Made by a program: the position numbers and the translations under genes
The notes under the pieces: model-generated
What the model was told of the DNA's origin: nothing
The model's input: only the letters and a program-made list of their open reading frames with translations
Database searches by the model: none
Shown: positions 13,301 through 25,300 of the stretch, in pieces
Numbering within the stretch: position 1 is the first letter of the stretch
Layout: every line of letters starts with the position of its first letter
Source of the DNA: Lytechinus pictus
Lineage: Eukaryota
Assembly: GCF_037042905.1 (NCBI RefSeq)
Contig: NC_087245.1
Coordinates: 15,254,001-15,318,000 of the forward strand
Direction of reading: 5' to 3'
Length of the DNA: 64,000 nt

Positions 13301-16300
13301 AGAGATGGACTTGAGTTTTATTTGTAGTACCTTGCTCAGGTAAATTTATTTCCTTGTTGTTGTGGTACTAATTGGTTTGAAATTATTTGTTTCACAAGCT
13401 TGCCCTGATATGTAATGTCAATTGAAGAATATTCAACCATTAATAGAACTCCTTATACTACACTTTCTGCCATTATTTAATGTAACACTTAAAATGACTT
13501 TTTCCAGTCATATTCTCCTACTATATTGGCAATCCAAAACTCCTTTTGTCTTGCAGAGTGTGTTCCCGGCAGAGAATACAAATGTATTTGGACTGAATGG
13601 ATTAATAATGATTCTGGACAATTGCAATCTGAAAGTGCTCCAGCTGAGGAAGTTGAACTTCTTGAAGATGCCCGGCACTTCCCCGGTTTCCCCAAAGTTT
13701 GCAACGTATTCGATATCCGGTGCAGGACCGTAGACACACATGTGTCGTGGAATGAAACTACTGACGCTGTTACCGTTGATGTGAATACAGGTCTTCGCTG
13801 TATTAATATACTAGGAAGACCAATATGTCTGGACTATGAATGTAGATGGCTGTGCTGCAGTTGGCACACTGTCACTTGCTCACCACCTGGAACAACCACA
13901 GAAGGTACATTTGCATCAATCAAGTATTTTATCTAATTCCTGGCAGTATGACCAATATCACTGTAAATATGCATTTAAAAGGTTTTGTTAATTGGAAAAC
14001 ATGTGTGTTGTTCTGACGCAGAAGTAAGGGATAAAGATAAAAGCTTTTTTTTAGACAAACATGATATCTACATGTATGTTTTTTTCTTCTTAATATCTTA
14101 GGAAAATAAAGGATTGTGGGGAAAGTGTTGCTCTTTGTGTCAATAGTCATGTCAGAGATGCTCTTTTAAGTTATTGAGATTGTTTGAATTTCATTATCAA
14201 ACAGTTTCATTGGAGGACCTGTACACAAATTTAGTGAATTTACCCTTTGTTATGGAATATTTCATGAACATTATGATTGGTGAAAATTGAATCAAACACA
14301 AATGAAATGTGATTTCCAAAGAAGAAATGTGAAAGGAGCATGATTGTGAAAGATTTACAGGATGGGGAAATCAGTAAGATAGTTTTGAATTGTAGATTAA
14401 TGATAGTAATCCTGTTTGGGGATGGAAGGGCAAGGACTTGCTCAATTAAATAGAAATGATTTGTCTGCATTTTTTAAAAAGTTAAAGATTTCTTTTTTCA
14501 TTTTGAATTGGATACTTGCAGACATAATATTCTGTTACCGTGGTTGATTTCCCTTTAATTGCGTTTCATTTGCTACTTACTTTTGAACAGAATATTGTCA
14601 TCTTTCATCCTTTATGATAATATACATCTAGTTCTTCTTTACATGAACAAATCTAGGAACAACGACTGGAACCACTCCAGAAACAACAACAGGTACCACT
14701 ACTGGAACAACAACTGGAACCACTCCAGAAACAACAACAGGTACCACTCCAGGCACAACAACAGGTACCACAACAGGAACAACAACTGGAACCACTCCAG
14801 GCACAACAACAGGTACCACAACAGGAACAACAACTGGAACCACAACAGGCACAACAACAGGTACCACAACAGGAACAACAACTGGAACCACAACAGGAAC
14901 AACAACAGGTACCACAACAGGAACAACAACTGGAACCACAACAGGTACCACAACAGGAACAACAACTGGAACCACTCCAGGAACAACTCCAGCCACCACA
15001 ACAGGTACAACACAGGGAACAATTGGCACAATATCTGGAAACATTCCAGAATATGGATAATGTATGAATGGCAGTAGACACAGTTAGGGCAAGTTTGTGA
15101 GAAAAGGACCATTTTTTATAAATGCTTTGGTTACTCTTTCAATGAAGAAGGGAAGTTTTTGTCAGAGATGATACTTTATCACTCAAAAATCATTGGGATG
15201 GGGTCACCCTTCCTGCCCTTCCTTTTGTGTCACCGACTTGATATCACCAGCCAGAAAGGAGATGGACAGATGATCATCTTTGAAAAGCTAGTTCGTTGTA
15301 CCATTCTGTGCATGATGAGAATAAGGTCATTCGAACTCAAATAGCATGATAGTTTTAATATTCTTTTGAATTGTGCTTATCATTAGATCCTCCGGAAGCA
15401 GAAATGAGTCAATGAGCAAGTGGTATTTAAGAGTTGGCCAATTACATTGGAAAAGCAACATGCTAATGTATTAAAAGTAGAATTGCCACAAATACCTTGA
15501 TAAAGTATTTATTGATATGCTATTCTAGTCACAAGTTCCATTAAATTTCTGCCTGCTATGTCAGGCATATTTAGATATTAACATCTTGCTTTGTGATTTA
15601 CCCATCCTTATGAAAGAAAGGAAGGGTCAATTGTATAAACTTGCCGATGAGGAAAAGAGGAGCTTGTCTATTGCAGAAACGATAATTTCTATTTTGGTAG
15701 TGAATGTTGATTTACTGATTGATAGTTATAATGATATGTGTAAGTAGGTGTAATAAATGGTTACCCTGTAGGAAGAAATTCCACAAATGCTTTGGGCCGA
15801 GGCAGTCCATCAAATGCTAGGGTATGAATACCAACATCATGTTAAGCCAGACCTGCTCGGATAACAGTTTTGGGAACTTAAAATGGTTACCCCTGTTTAA
15901 TATGTCGTTGTTGTTATTATTAATATTGCTATGGTTACTACGATTATTAATTATTAGTGTTGTTATCATTATTTTATTATTATGTGTTCTTATGAAGGCA
16001 GCTGGATTTTTGAAAGTGTTTCTTTCATCATATTCAGAGATGGACTTGAGTTTTATTTGTAGTACCTTGCTCAGGTAAATTTATTTCCTTGTTTTTGTGG
16101 TACTAATTGGTTTGAAATTAATTGTTTCACAAGCTTGCCCTGATATGTAATGTCAATTGAAGAATATTCAACCATTAATAGAACTCCTTATACTACACTT
16201 TCTGCCATTTTTTAATGTAATACTTAAAATGACTTTTCCCAGTCATATTCTCCTACTATATTGGCAATCCAAAACTAATTTTTGTCTTGCAGAGTGTGTT

Positions 16301-19300
16301 CCCGGCAGAGAATACAAATGTATTTGGACTGAATGGATTAATAATGATTCTGGACAATTGCAATCTGAAAGTGCTCCAGCTGAGGAAGTTGAACTTCTTG
16401 AAGATGCCCGGCACTTCCCCGGTTTCCCCAAAGTTTGCAACGTATTCGATATCCGGTGCAGGACCGTAGACACACATGTGTCGTGGAATGAAACTACTGA
16501 CGCTGTTACCGTTGATGTGAATACAGGTCTTCGCTGTATTAATATACTAGGAAGACCAATATGTCTGGACTATGAATGTAGATGGCTGTGCTGCAGTTGG
16601 CACACTGTCACTTGCTCACCACCTGGAACAACCACAGAAGGTACATTTGCATCAATCAAGTATTTTATCTAATTCCTGGCAGTATGACCAATATCACTGT
16701 AAATATGCATTTAAAAGGTTTTGTTAATTGGAAAACATGTGTGTTGTTCTGACGCAGAAGTAAGGGATAAAGATAAAAGCTTTTTTTTAGACAAACATGA
16801 TATCTACATGTATGTTTTTTTCTTCTTAATATCTTAGGAAAATAAAGGATTGTGGGGAAAGTGTTGCTCTTTGTGTCAATATTCATGTCAGAGATGCTCT
16901 TTTAAGTTATTGAGATTTGTTTGAATTTGATTATCAAACAGTTTCATTGGAGGACCTGTACACAAATTTAGTGAATTTACCCTTTGTTATGGAATATTTC
17001 ATGAACATTATGATTGGTGAAAATTGAATCAAACACAAATGAAATGTGATTTCCAAAGAAGAAATGTGAAAGGAGCATGATTGTGAAAGATTTACAGGAT
17101 GGGGAAAACAGTAAGATAGTTTTGAATTGTAGATTAATGATAGTAATCCTGTTTGGGGATGGAAGGGCAAGGACTTGCTCAATTTAATAGAAATGATTTG
17201 TCTGCATTTTTTAAAAAGTTAAAGATTTTTTTTTTCATTTTGAATTGGATACTTGCAGACATAATATTCTGTTACCGTTGTTGATTTCCCTTTAATTGCG
17301 TTTCATTTGCTACTTACTTTTGAACAGAATATTGTCATCTTTCATCCTTTATGATAATATACATCTAGTTCTTCTTTACATGAACAAATCTAGGAACAAC
17401 GACTGGAACCACTCCAGAAACAACAACAGGTACCACTACTGGAACAACAACTGGAACCACTCCAGAAACAACAACAGGTACCACTCCAGGCACAACAACA
17501 GGTACCACAACAGGAACAACAACTGGAACCACTCCAGGCACAACAACAGGTACCACAACAGGAACAACAACTGGAACCACAACAGGCACAACAACAGGTA
17601 CCACAACAGGAACAACAACTGGAACCACAACAGGAACAACAACAGGTACCACAACAGGAACAACAACTGGAACCACAACAGGTACCACAACAGGAACAAC
17701 AACTGGAACCACAACAGGTACCACAACAGGAACAACAACTGGAACCACTCCAGGAACAACTCCAGCCACCACAACAGGTACAACACAGGGAACAATTGGC
17801 ACAATATCTGGAAACATTCCAGAATATGGATAATGTATGAATGGCAGTAGACACAGTTAGGGCAAGTTTGTGAGAAAAGGACCATTTTTTATAAATGCTT
17901 TGGTTACTCTTTTAATGAAGAAGGGAAGTTTTTGTCAGAGATGATACTTTATCACTCAAAAATCATTGGGATGGGGTCACCCTTCCTGCCCTTCCTTTTG
18001 TGTCACCGACTTGATATCACCAGCCAGAAAGGAGATGGACAGATGATCATCTTTGAAAAGCTAGTTCGTTGTTCATTTCTGTGCATGATGAGAATAAGGT
18101 CATTCGAACTCAAATAGCATGATAGTTTTAATATTCTTTTGAATTGTGCTTATCATTAGATCCTCCGGAAGCAGAAATGAGTCAATGAGCAAGTGGTATT
18201 TAAGAGTTGGCCAATTACATTGGAAAAGCAACATGCTAATGTATTAAAAGTAGAATTGCCACAAATACCTTGATAAAGTATTTATTGATATGCTATTCTA
18301 GTCACAAGTTCCATTAAATTTCTGCCTGCTATGTCAGGCATATTTAGATATTAACATCTTGCTTTGTGATTTACCCATCCTTATGAAAGAAAGGAAGGGT
18401 CAATTGTATAAACTTGCCGATGAGGAAAAGAGGAGCTTGTCTATTGCAGAAACGATAATTTCTATTTTGGTAGTGAATGTTGATTTACTGATTGATAGTT
18501 ATAATGATATGTGTAAGTAGGTGTAATAAATGGTTACCCTGTAGGAAGAAATTCCACAAATGCTTTGGGCCTAGGCAGTCCATCAAATGCTAGGGTATGA
18601 ATACCAACATCATGTTAAGCCAGACCTGCTCGGATAACAGTTTTGGGAACTTAAAATGGTTACCCCTGTTTAATATGTCGTTGTTGTTTTTATTATTAAT
18701 ATTGCTATGGTTACTACGATTATTAATTATTAGTGTTGTTATCATTATTTTATTATTATGTGTTCTTATGAAGGCAGCTGGATTTTTGAAAGTGTTTCTT
18801 TCATCATATTCAGAGATGGACTTGAGTTTTATTTGTAGTACCTTGCTCAGGTAAATTTATTTCCTTGTTTTTGTGGTACTAATTGGTTTGAAATTAATTG
18901 TTTCACAAGCTTGCCCTGATATGTAATGTCAATTGAAGAATATTCAACCATTAATAGAACTCCTTATACTACACTTTCTGCCATTTTTTAATGTAATACT
19001 TAAAATGACTTTTCCCAGTCATATTCTCCTACTATATTGGCAATCCAAAACTAATTTTTGTCTTGCAGAGTGTGTTCCCGGCAGAGAATACAAATGTATT
19101 TGGACTGAATGGATTAATAATGATTCTGGACAATTGCAATCTGAAAGTGCTCCAGCTGAGGAAGTTGAACTTCTTGAAGATGCCCGGCACTTCCCCGGTT
19201 TCCCCAAAGTTTGCAACGTATTCGATATCCGGTGCAGGACCGTAGACACACATGTGTCGTGGAATGAAACTACTGACGCTGTTACCGTTGATGTGAATAC

Positions 19301-22300
19301 AGGTCTTCGCTGTATTAATATACTAGGAAGACCAATATGTCTGGACTATGAATGTAGATGGCTGTGCTGCAGTTGGCACACTGTCACTTGCTCACCACCT
19401 GGAACAACCACAGAAGGTACATTTGCATCAATCAAGTATTTTATCTAATTCCTGGCAGTATGACCAATATCACTGTAAATATGCATTTAAAAGGTTTTGT
19501 TAATTGGAAAACATGTGTGTTGTTCTGACGCAGAAGTAAGGGATAAAGATAAGAGCTTTTTTTTAAAGACAAACACGATATCTACATGTATGTTTTTTTC
19601 TTCTTAATATCATTTGAAAATAAGGTATTGTGGGGAAAGTGTCGCTCTTGGTGTCAATATTCATGTCAAAGATGCTCTTTTAAGTTATTGAAATTTGTTT
19701 GAATTTCATTATCGAACAGTTTCATTGGAGGAGCTGTACACAAATTTAGTGAATTTACCCTTTGTTATGGAATATTTCATGAACATTATGATTGGTGAAA
19801 ATTGAATCAAACACAAATGAAATGTGATTTGAAAAGAAGAAATGTGAAAGGAGCATGATTGTGAAAGATTTACAGGATGGGAAAAACAGTAGGATAGTTT
19901 TGAATTGTAGATTAATGACAGTAATCCTGTTTGGGGATTTCAGTTTTGTCACATACATGTACGTGATGTCATTGTGATATAGGGCAACGACTTGCTCAAT
20001 TTAATAGAAATGATTTGTCTGCATTTTTTTTAAAGTTAAAGATTTCCTTTTTCATTTTGAATTGGATACATGCAGACATAATATTCTGTTACCATGGTTG
20101 ATTTTCTTTTAATTGCGTTTCATTTGCTACTTACTTTGGAACAGAATATTGTCATATTTCATCCTTTATGATAATATACATCTAGTTCTTCTTTACATGA
20201 ACAAATCTAGGAACAACAACTGGAACCACTATAGAAACAACAACAGGCACTACAACAGGAACAACAACTGGAACCACTATAGAAACAACAACAGGTACCA
20301 CTACTGGAACAACAACAGGTACCACAACAGGAACAACAACTGGAACCACTCCAGGCACAACAACAGGTACCACAACAGGAACAACAACTGGAACCACAAC
20401 AGGAACAACTACAGGTACCACAACAGGAACAACAACTGGAACCACAACAGGTACCACAACAGGTACCACAACAGGAACAACAACTGGAACCACTCCAGGA
20501 ACAACTCCAGCCACCACAACAGGTACATTACAGGGAACAATTGGCACAATATCTGGAAACATTCCAGAATATGGATAATGTATGAATGGCAGTAGACACA
20601 GTAAGATCAAGTTTGTGAGAAAAGGACCATTTTTTATAAATGCTTTGGTTACTCTTTTAGTGAAGAAGGGAAGGGTAAAGTGTCCGAGATGATACTTTAT
20701 CACTCAAAAATCATAGGGATGGGGTCACCCTTCCTGCCCTTCCTTTTGTGTCACCGACTTGATATCACCAGCCAGAAAGGAGATGGACAGATGATCATCT
20801 TTGAAAAGCTAGTTCGTTGTTCCATTCTCTGCATGATGAGAATAAGGTCATTCGAACTCAAATAGCATGAAAGTTTTAATATTCTTTTGAATTGTGCTTT
20901 TCATTAGATCCTCCGGAATCAGAAATGAGTCAATGAGCAAGTGGTATTTAAGAGTTGGCCAAGTACATTGGAAAAAGTAACATGCTAATGTATTAAAAGT
21001 AGAATTGCCACAAATACCTTGATAAAGTATTTATTGATATGCTATTCTAGTCACCAGTTCCATTCAATTTCTGCCTGCTATGTCAGGCATATTTAGATAT
21101 TAATATCTTGCTTTGTGATTTACCCATCCTTATGAAAGAAAGGAAGGGTCAATTGTATAAACTTGCCGATGAGGCAAAGAGGAGCTTGTCTTTTGGAGAA
21201 ATGATAGTTTCTATGTTGGTAGTGAATGTTGATTTACTGATTGATAGTTATTGGAGGCGCGATAGCTCAGTCGGTAGAGCGGGGTACTCGTATTCCGGTG
21301 ACCCAGGTTCGATTCCCACTTTGTGCGCTAGTGCCCTTTGGTAAGGCATTAATCCTCATTACCAGGTCCTTCGGAGAGGACCTTAAGCCGTCGGTCCTCT
21401 GGTTGCTTGCTTACAAGCATTCATGCTTTCTTAGCAATCAGGTAAAAAATCACCACCATCAATATATAGATGGCTATGGTGAGATATTTATGTATGTTAT
21501 AATTATATGTGTACATGTAGGTGTAATAAATGTTTACCCTGTAGAAAGAAATTCCACAAATGCTTTGGGCCTAGGCAGTCCGTCAAATGCTAGGGTATGA
21601 ATACCATCATCATGTTAAGCCAGACCTGCTCGGATAACAGTTTTGGGAACTGAAGTGGCTACCCCTGGTAAAAATGTTGTTGTTATTATTATTATTAGTA
21701 TTATTGCTATGATTAATATGAATTTCAATTATTAGTATTATTAGCATTATTTTATCATTAGTGTTCTCATGAAGGCGTTTCTTTTATTATATTCAGAGAT
21801 GGACTTGAGTTTTATTTGTATTACCTTGCTCAGGTAAATTTATTTTCTTGTTGTTGTGGTATTAATTGGTTTGAAATTAATTGCTTCACCAGCTTGTCCT
21901 GATATGTCATGACAATTGCAGAATACTCAACTATTACTACATGTAGAACTCCTTATACTGCACTTTATCCCTCTCTTTAATGTAACACTTAAAATGACTT
22001 TTTTTCCAGTCATATTCTACTACTTTATTGGCAATCCAAAACTCCTTTTGTCTTGCAGAGTGTGTTCCCAGCAGAGATTACAAATGTATTTGGACTGACT
22101 GGATTAATAATGATTCTGGACAAATGCAATCTGAGAGTGCTCCAGCTGAGGAAGTTGAACTTCTTGCAGATGCCCGGCACTTCCCCGGTTTCCCTGAAGA
22201 TTGCAGCGTATTCGGTATCCGGTGCAGGACAGTAGACACACATGTGTTGTGGAATGAAACTACTGACGCTGTTACCGTTGATGTGAATACAGGTCTTCGT

Positions 22301-25300
22301 TGTATTAATATACTAGGAAGACCAATATGTCTGGACTATGAATGTAGCTGGCTGTGCTGCAGTTGGCACACTGTCACTTGCTCACCACCTGGAACAACCA
22401 CAGAAGGTAGTTGCATCAATCAAGTATTTTTACTAATTCGTAAATTATACAAATAGTATGAAGTATAATTAGAATTCTATTAGTAATAATGAAGTATAAG
22501 TCGAGGAGGATAGCATTTCCCAGGTGTTAGGCAGTGAAATTCACACAATGGGATTCAAAGCAATCAAAATTCCACACAGGACCAGTTCTCTATAAAAGGC
22601 CCTAACCAATGAATAGTAACCATCTTTTCAAAGACGGCTAAGGTCATACAAAAACACAAAGATCTTGTAAACAACTAAAAACAAGATTGCTTTCCAATCC
22701 ACTTAAGTAATTTTTCAAGATGTACACACCAAATAATCATTTGGTTTGCAAGAATTTGTTGTATGTGTTTGAATGGGGCGCCGTGGTCTAGTGGTTACGA
22801 CTCTCGTCTTTCAATCAGACGACATGGGTTCAAATTCCAGGCATAATGTGTTTTACTTCTGCAATGAATATACCCATCATGTGCTGCACTCAACCCAGGT
22901 GAGGAGAATGGGTACCGACAGGATCAACTCCTTGATTGCACTGAGCGCTAAGAGGCAGCTCGTGCTTAAGTCAAGGATAATATTACTAACAATGTGCCTC
23001 GGAATAGATTATTTCTAGATAGATGGCGCTATATTCCCACAAAATTCTCTCAAAATTGACTTCTGTATAATCGGGAGGGAATAAAATTGTTTTGATGCAG
23101 TCCTGCAGGGTGGGATCCTCCTCGACTTATACTTCATTATTACTAATAGAATTCTAATTATACTTCATACTATTTGTATAATTTACGAATTCTATTACGT
23201 AACATTCGTATAAGTCTTCAGAGGATAGCATGTTCAAAGCCACATATCAGAAGTCGATTTCAAACAATTTGAAAGTTATCTCCCATAATGATCTCATAAA
23301 GATCATATTATCCCAACGTGGTCATACGATGTTGCCACTTGCCAAACTAGAAATATTTATAACACTTCAGAATGAATTGACATTATGAAAATGTAATTAA
23401 GGAACACTGAATCAGCCAATGATTATATTTATATAATTATCAATAAACTGTTTCTCAATGAAGGCGAGGAAATTAATCAGTGAAATATTCCTCATCGATT
23501 CATCTTGCAAATTATCTCCAATCAAGTACATATCATACTTCTATATAATCCATTGATATAAATGTGAAATATTTTCACATAATTTTATATCATTTTAAGG
23601 TTTTCTACATCAGCAGTAGAGGCGAAAATGGCCTCACTGGAAGAGCCATATATAATAATTGACGTTTAAGATAAGAATAACTAATGTTGGAAGATTCATC
23701 GTACTATAGGATGAAAATAATATCTTGCTTCAGATATCAAAAGTCAAAATATTTCTCTATGATCAAATCAAAAGTTTATTGGTGAAGGAGGTAGTTAATT
23801 ATTGATGAAACGCGGAACAATTACTGAGGCATCATGGTCAGATGGTATAAAATGTAAAAACTAATTCAGTTTTTGATCTGAGACAAGGTTACTAAACGTT
23901 TTTAGGGGGGTTCCAATGGGTGAATACTAGAAAGTGCTCTTTGTCATGTTTGTGCACCTTTAACCTGAGAAGAGTAGTTTAGAAAAAACAATCAACAAAG
24001 AAGAATTCATAATTGAAGAGAACAGTAGTGATGTTCAAATAATTTTCTCATCGTACAAAATAACTTTCATGACAACTCTTGAAAGTGACATTTGGATGGT
24101 TCATTCAGCGTTTGAGCACGCTGGACGTAATTGCTGTCAGCAGAGAAGGGCAGAATTATTGACGTCAAAAAAATAAGAAGATATAATTTATGATTGCCCA
24201 AAAAAGATTAACATTCAACAATTTGGTACAATGAAATTGAATCAATCTTCCTTGTAATTTGGTGTGCCAAGTAAAAGGATATTCTCCCGAATTGGAAGTC
24301 CATAAAAGGCTGTAATGAACTTAGATGTAAGAATACTTGAAAAGAAAAGCTTCCTGAAAGATTTATAAACTTGATAACCATGGTTTAGATTAAATGAAAT
24401 TTCATGTTTTCAAATTTTGTTCGACTAATAAATTTTATCATTACAATTGATAAAGAGTTATATTGCTGTCAAATACTGTAATTGAGACAAGTTCAACAAG
24501 GATTTGTAGGCAGTAAATTGCCTTAATTCAATAATACTTGATTATCAGCATAGTGGTGGTCGAGGGTGTAGTTTACAGCACAGCTTGCAAAATTTGAGTT
24601 TATTCTTCTAATCAAACATACGTATCAATTTGAATAGTTAATGATATTGGTATTCATTTGATGGTGAAAAACAAACATGTTTTTTTTTTTTTTTTTTTTA
24701 ATATTGTTCTAGGGCATAGGTGCCGTGCAAGAAATTGATTCCTTAACATTTATGTTGGTAGTTAGCAGGTAAGATACCTTACAAAACATGATCGCGACAC
24801 CTATTAACATGCTAACGATATTAGCGGTGAATGAGATCATTAGTAATGAAAAAACTCAATTTCAGCGATACAAATGTACAAATCAAAGCAGCATCCTCTA
24901 GGGATCATAATGGCTTATAAAATATTTTATATCAGATGACTGATTGTTAACATTCATGAAAAGTTCTCTTGGGAATCCATGTATTATATAAAGTTACTTT
25001 ATATAGTTAAGTCTTCTTGGTAGCATATTGTATAATTTTGCATGGCACAACGTTGATGGTTCATGGTTGATAGTCTTGTACAAGATGAGTACAGGGTGGA
25101 AGAAATTTCAACTTTGATTAAACAATGGATCTCTATCCAGTGTTTTTACCAATACCAAAATTGTCGGAATGTCTGCATACATTCTAAACTTTTGAAAGGT
25201 TTAAAGGTTACTTAATCCAACTTGTTGTACACTTCGGGAATTTGGAATACTCTTAGTATCAACGGCTTGCGTTGGAAAGGATAATTAGGTGCTTTGTCAA

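Noticed and set aside
13304..13340. Possible micro-exon ttcag|agatgg...ctcag|gt
   Set aside because: At 37 bp it would shift the frame, and it is not conserved in type A units.
13086..13343. Hydrophobic ORF as a signal-peptide exon (each unit a separate small gene), using donor ctcag|gtaaat
   Set aside because: The ORF derives from the SINE (ATT)n tail. The donor is phase 2 in that frame while CysD needs phase 1, the phase-1 frame has a nearby stop, and the site is absent in units 1-2.
21253..21330. tRNA gene array
   Set aside because: A and B boxes are present, but the acceptor and anticodon stems pair poorly and the sequence continues into a SINE body with no immediate oligo-T terminator.
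20680..21344. Recurrent short ORFs (MSEMIL..., MKERKGQ..., MYVTKL...)
   Set aside because: They recur only because the introns are duplicated. They show no recognisable domains, and their stops and frames differ between unit types.
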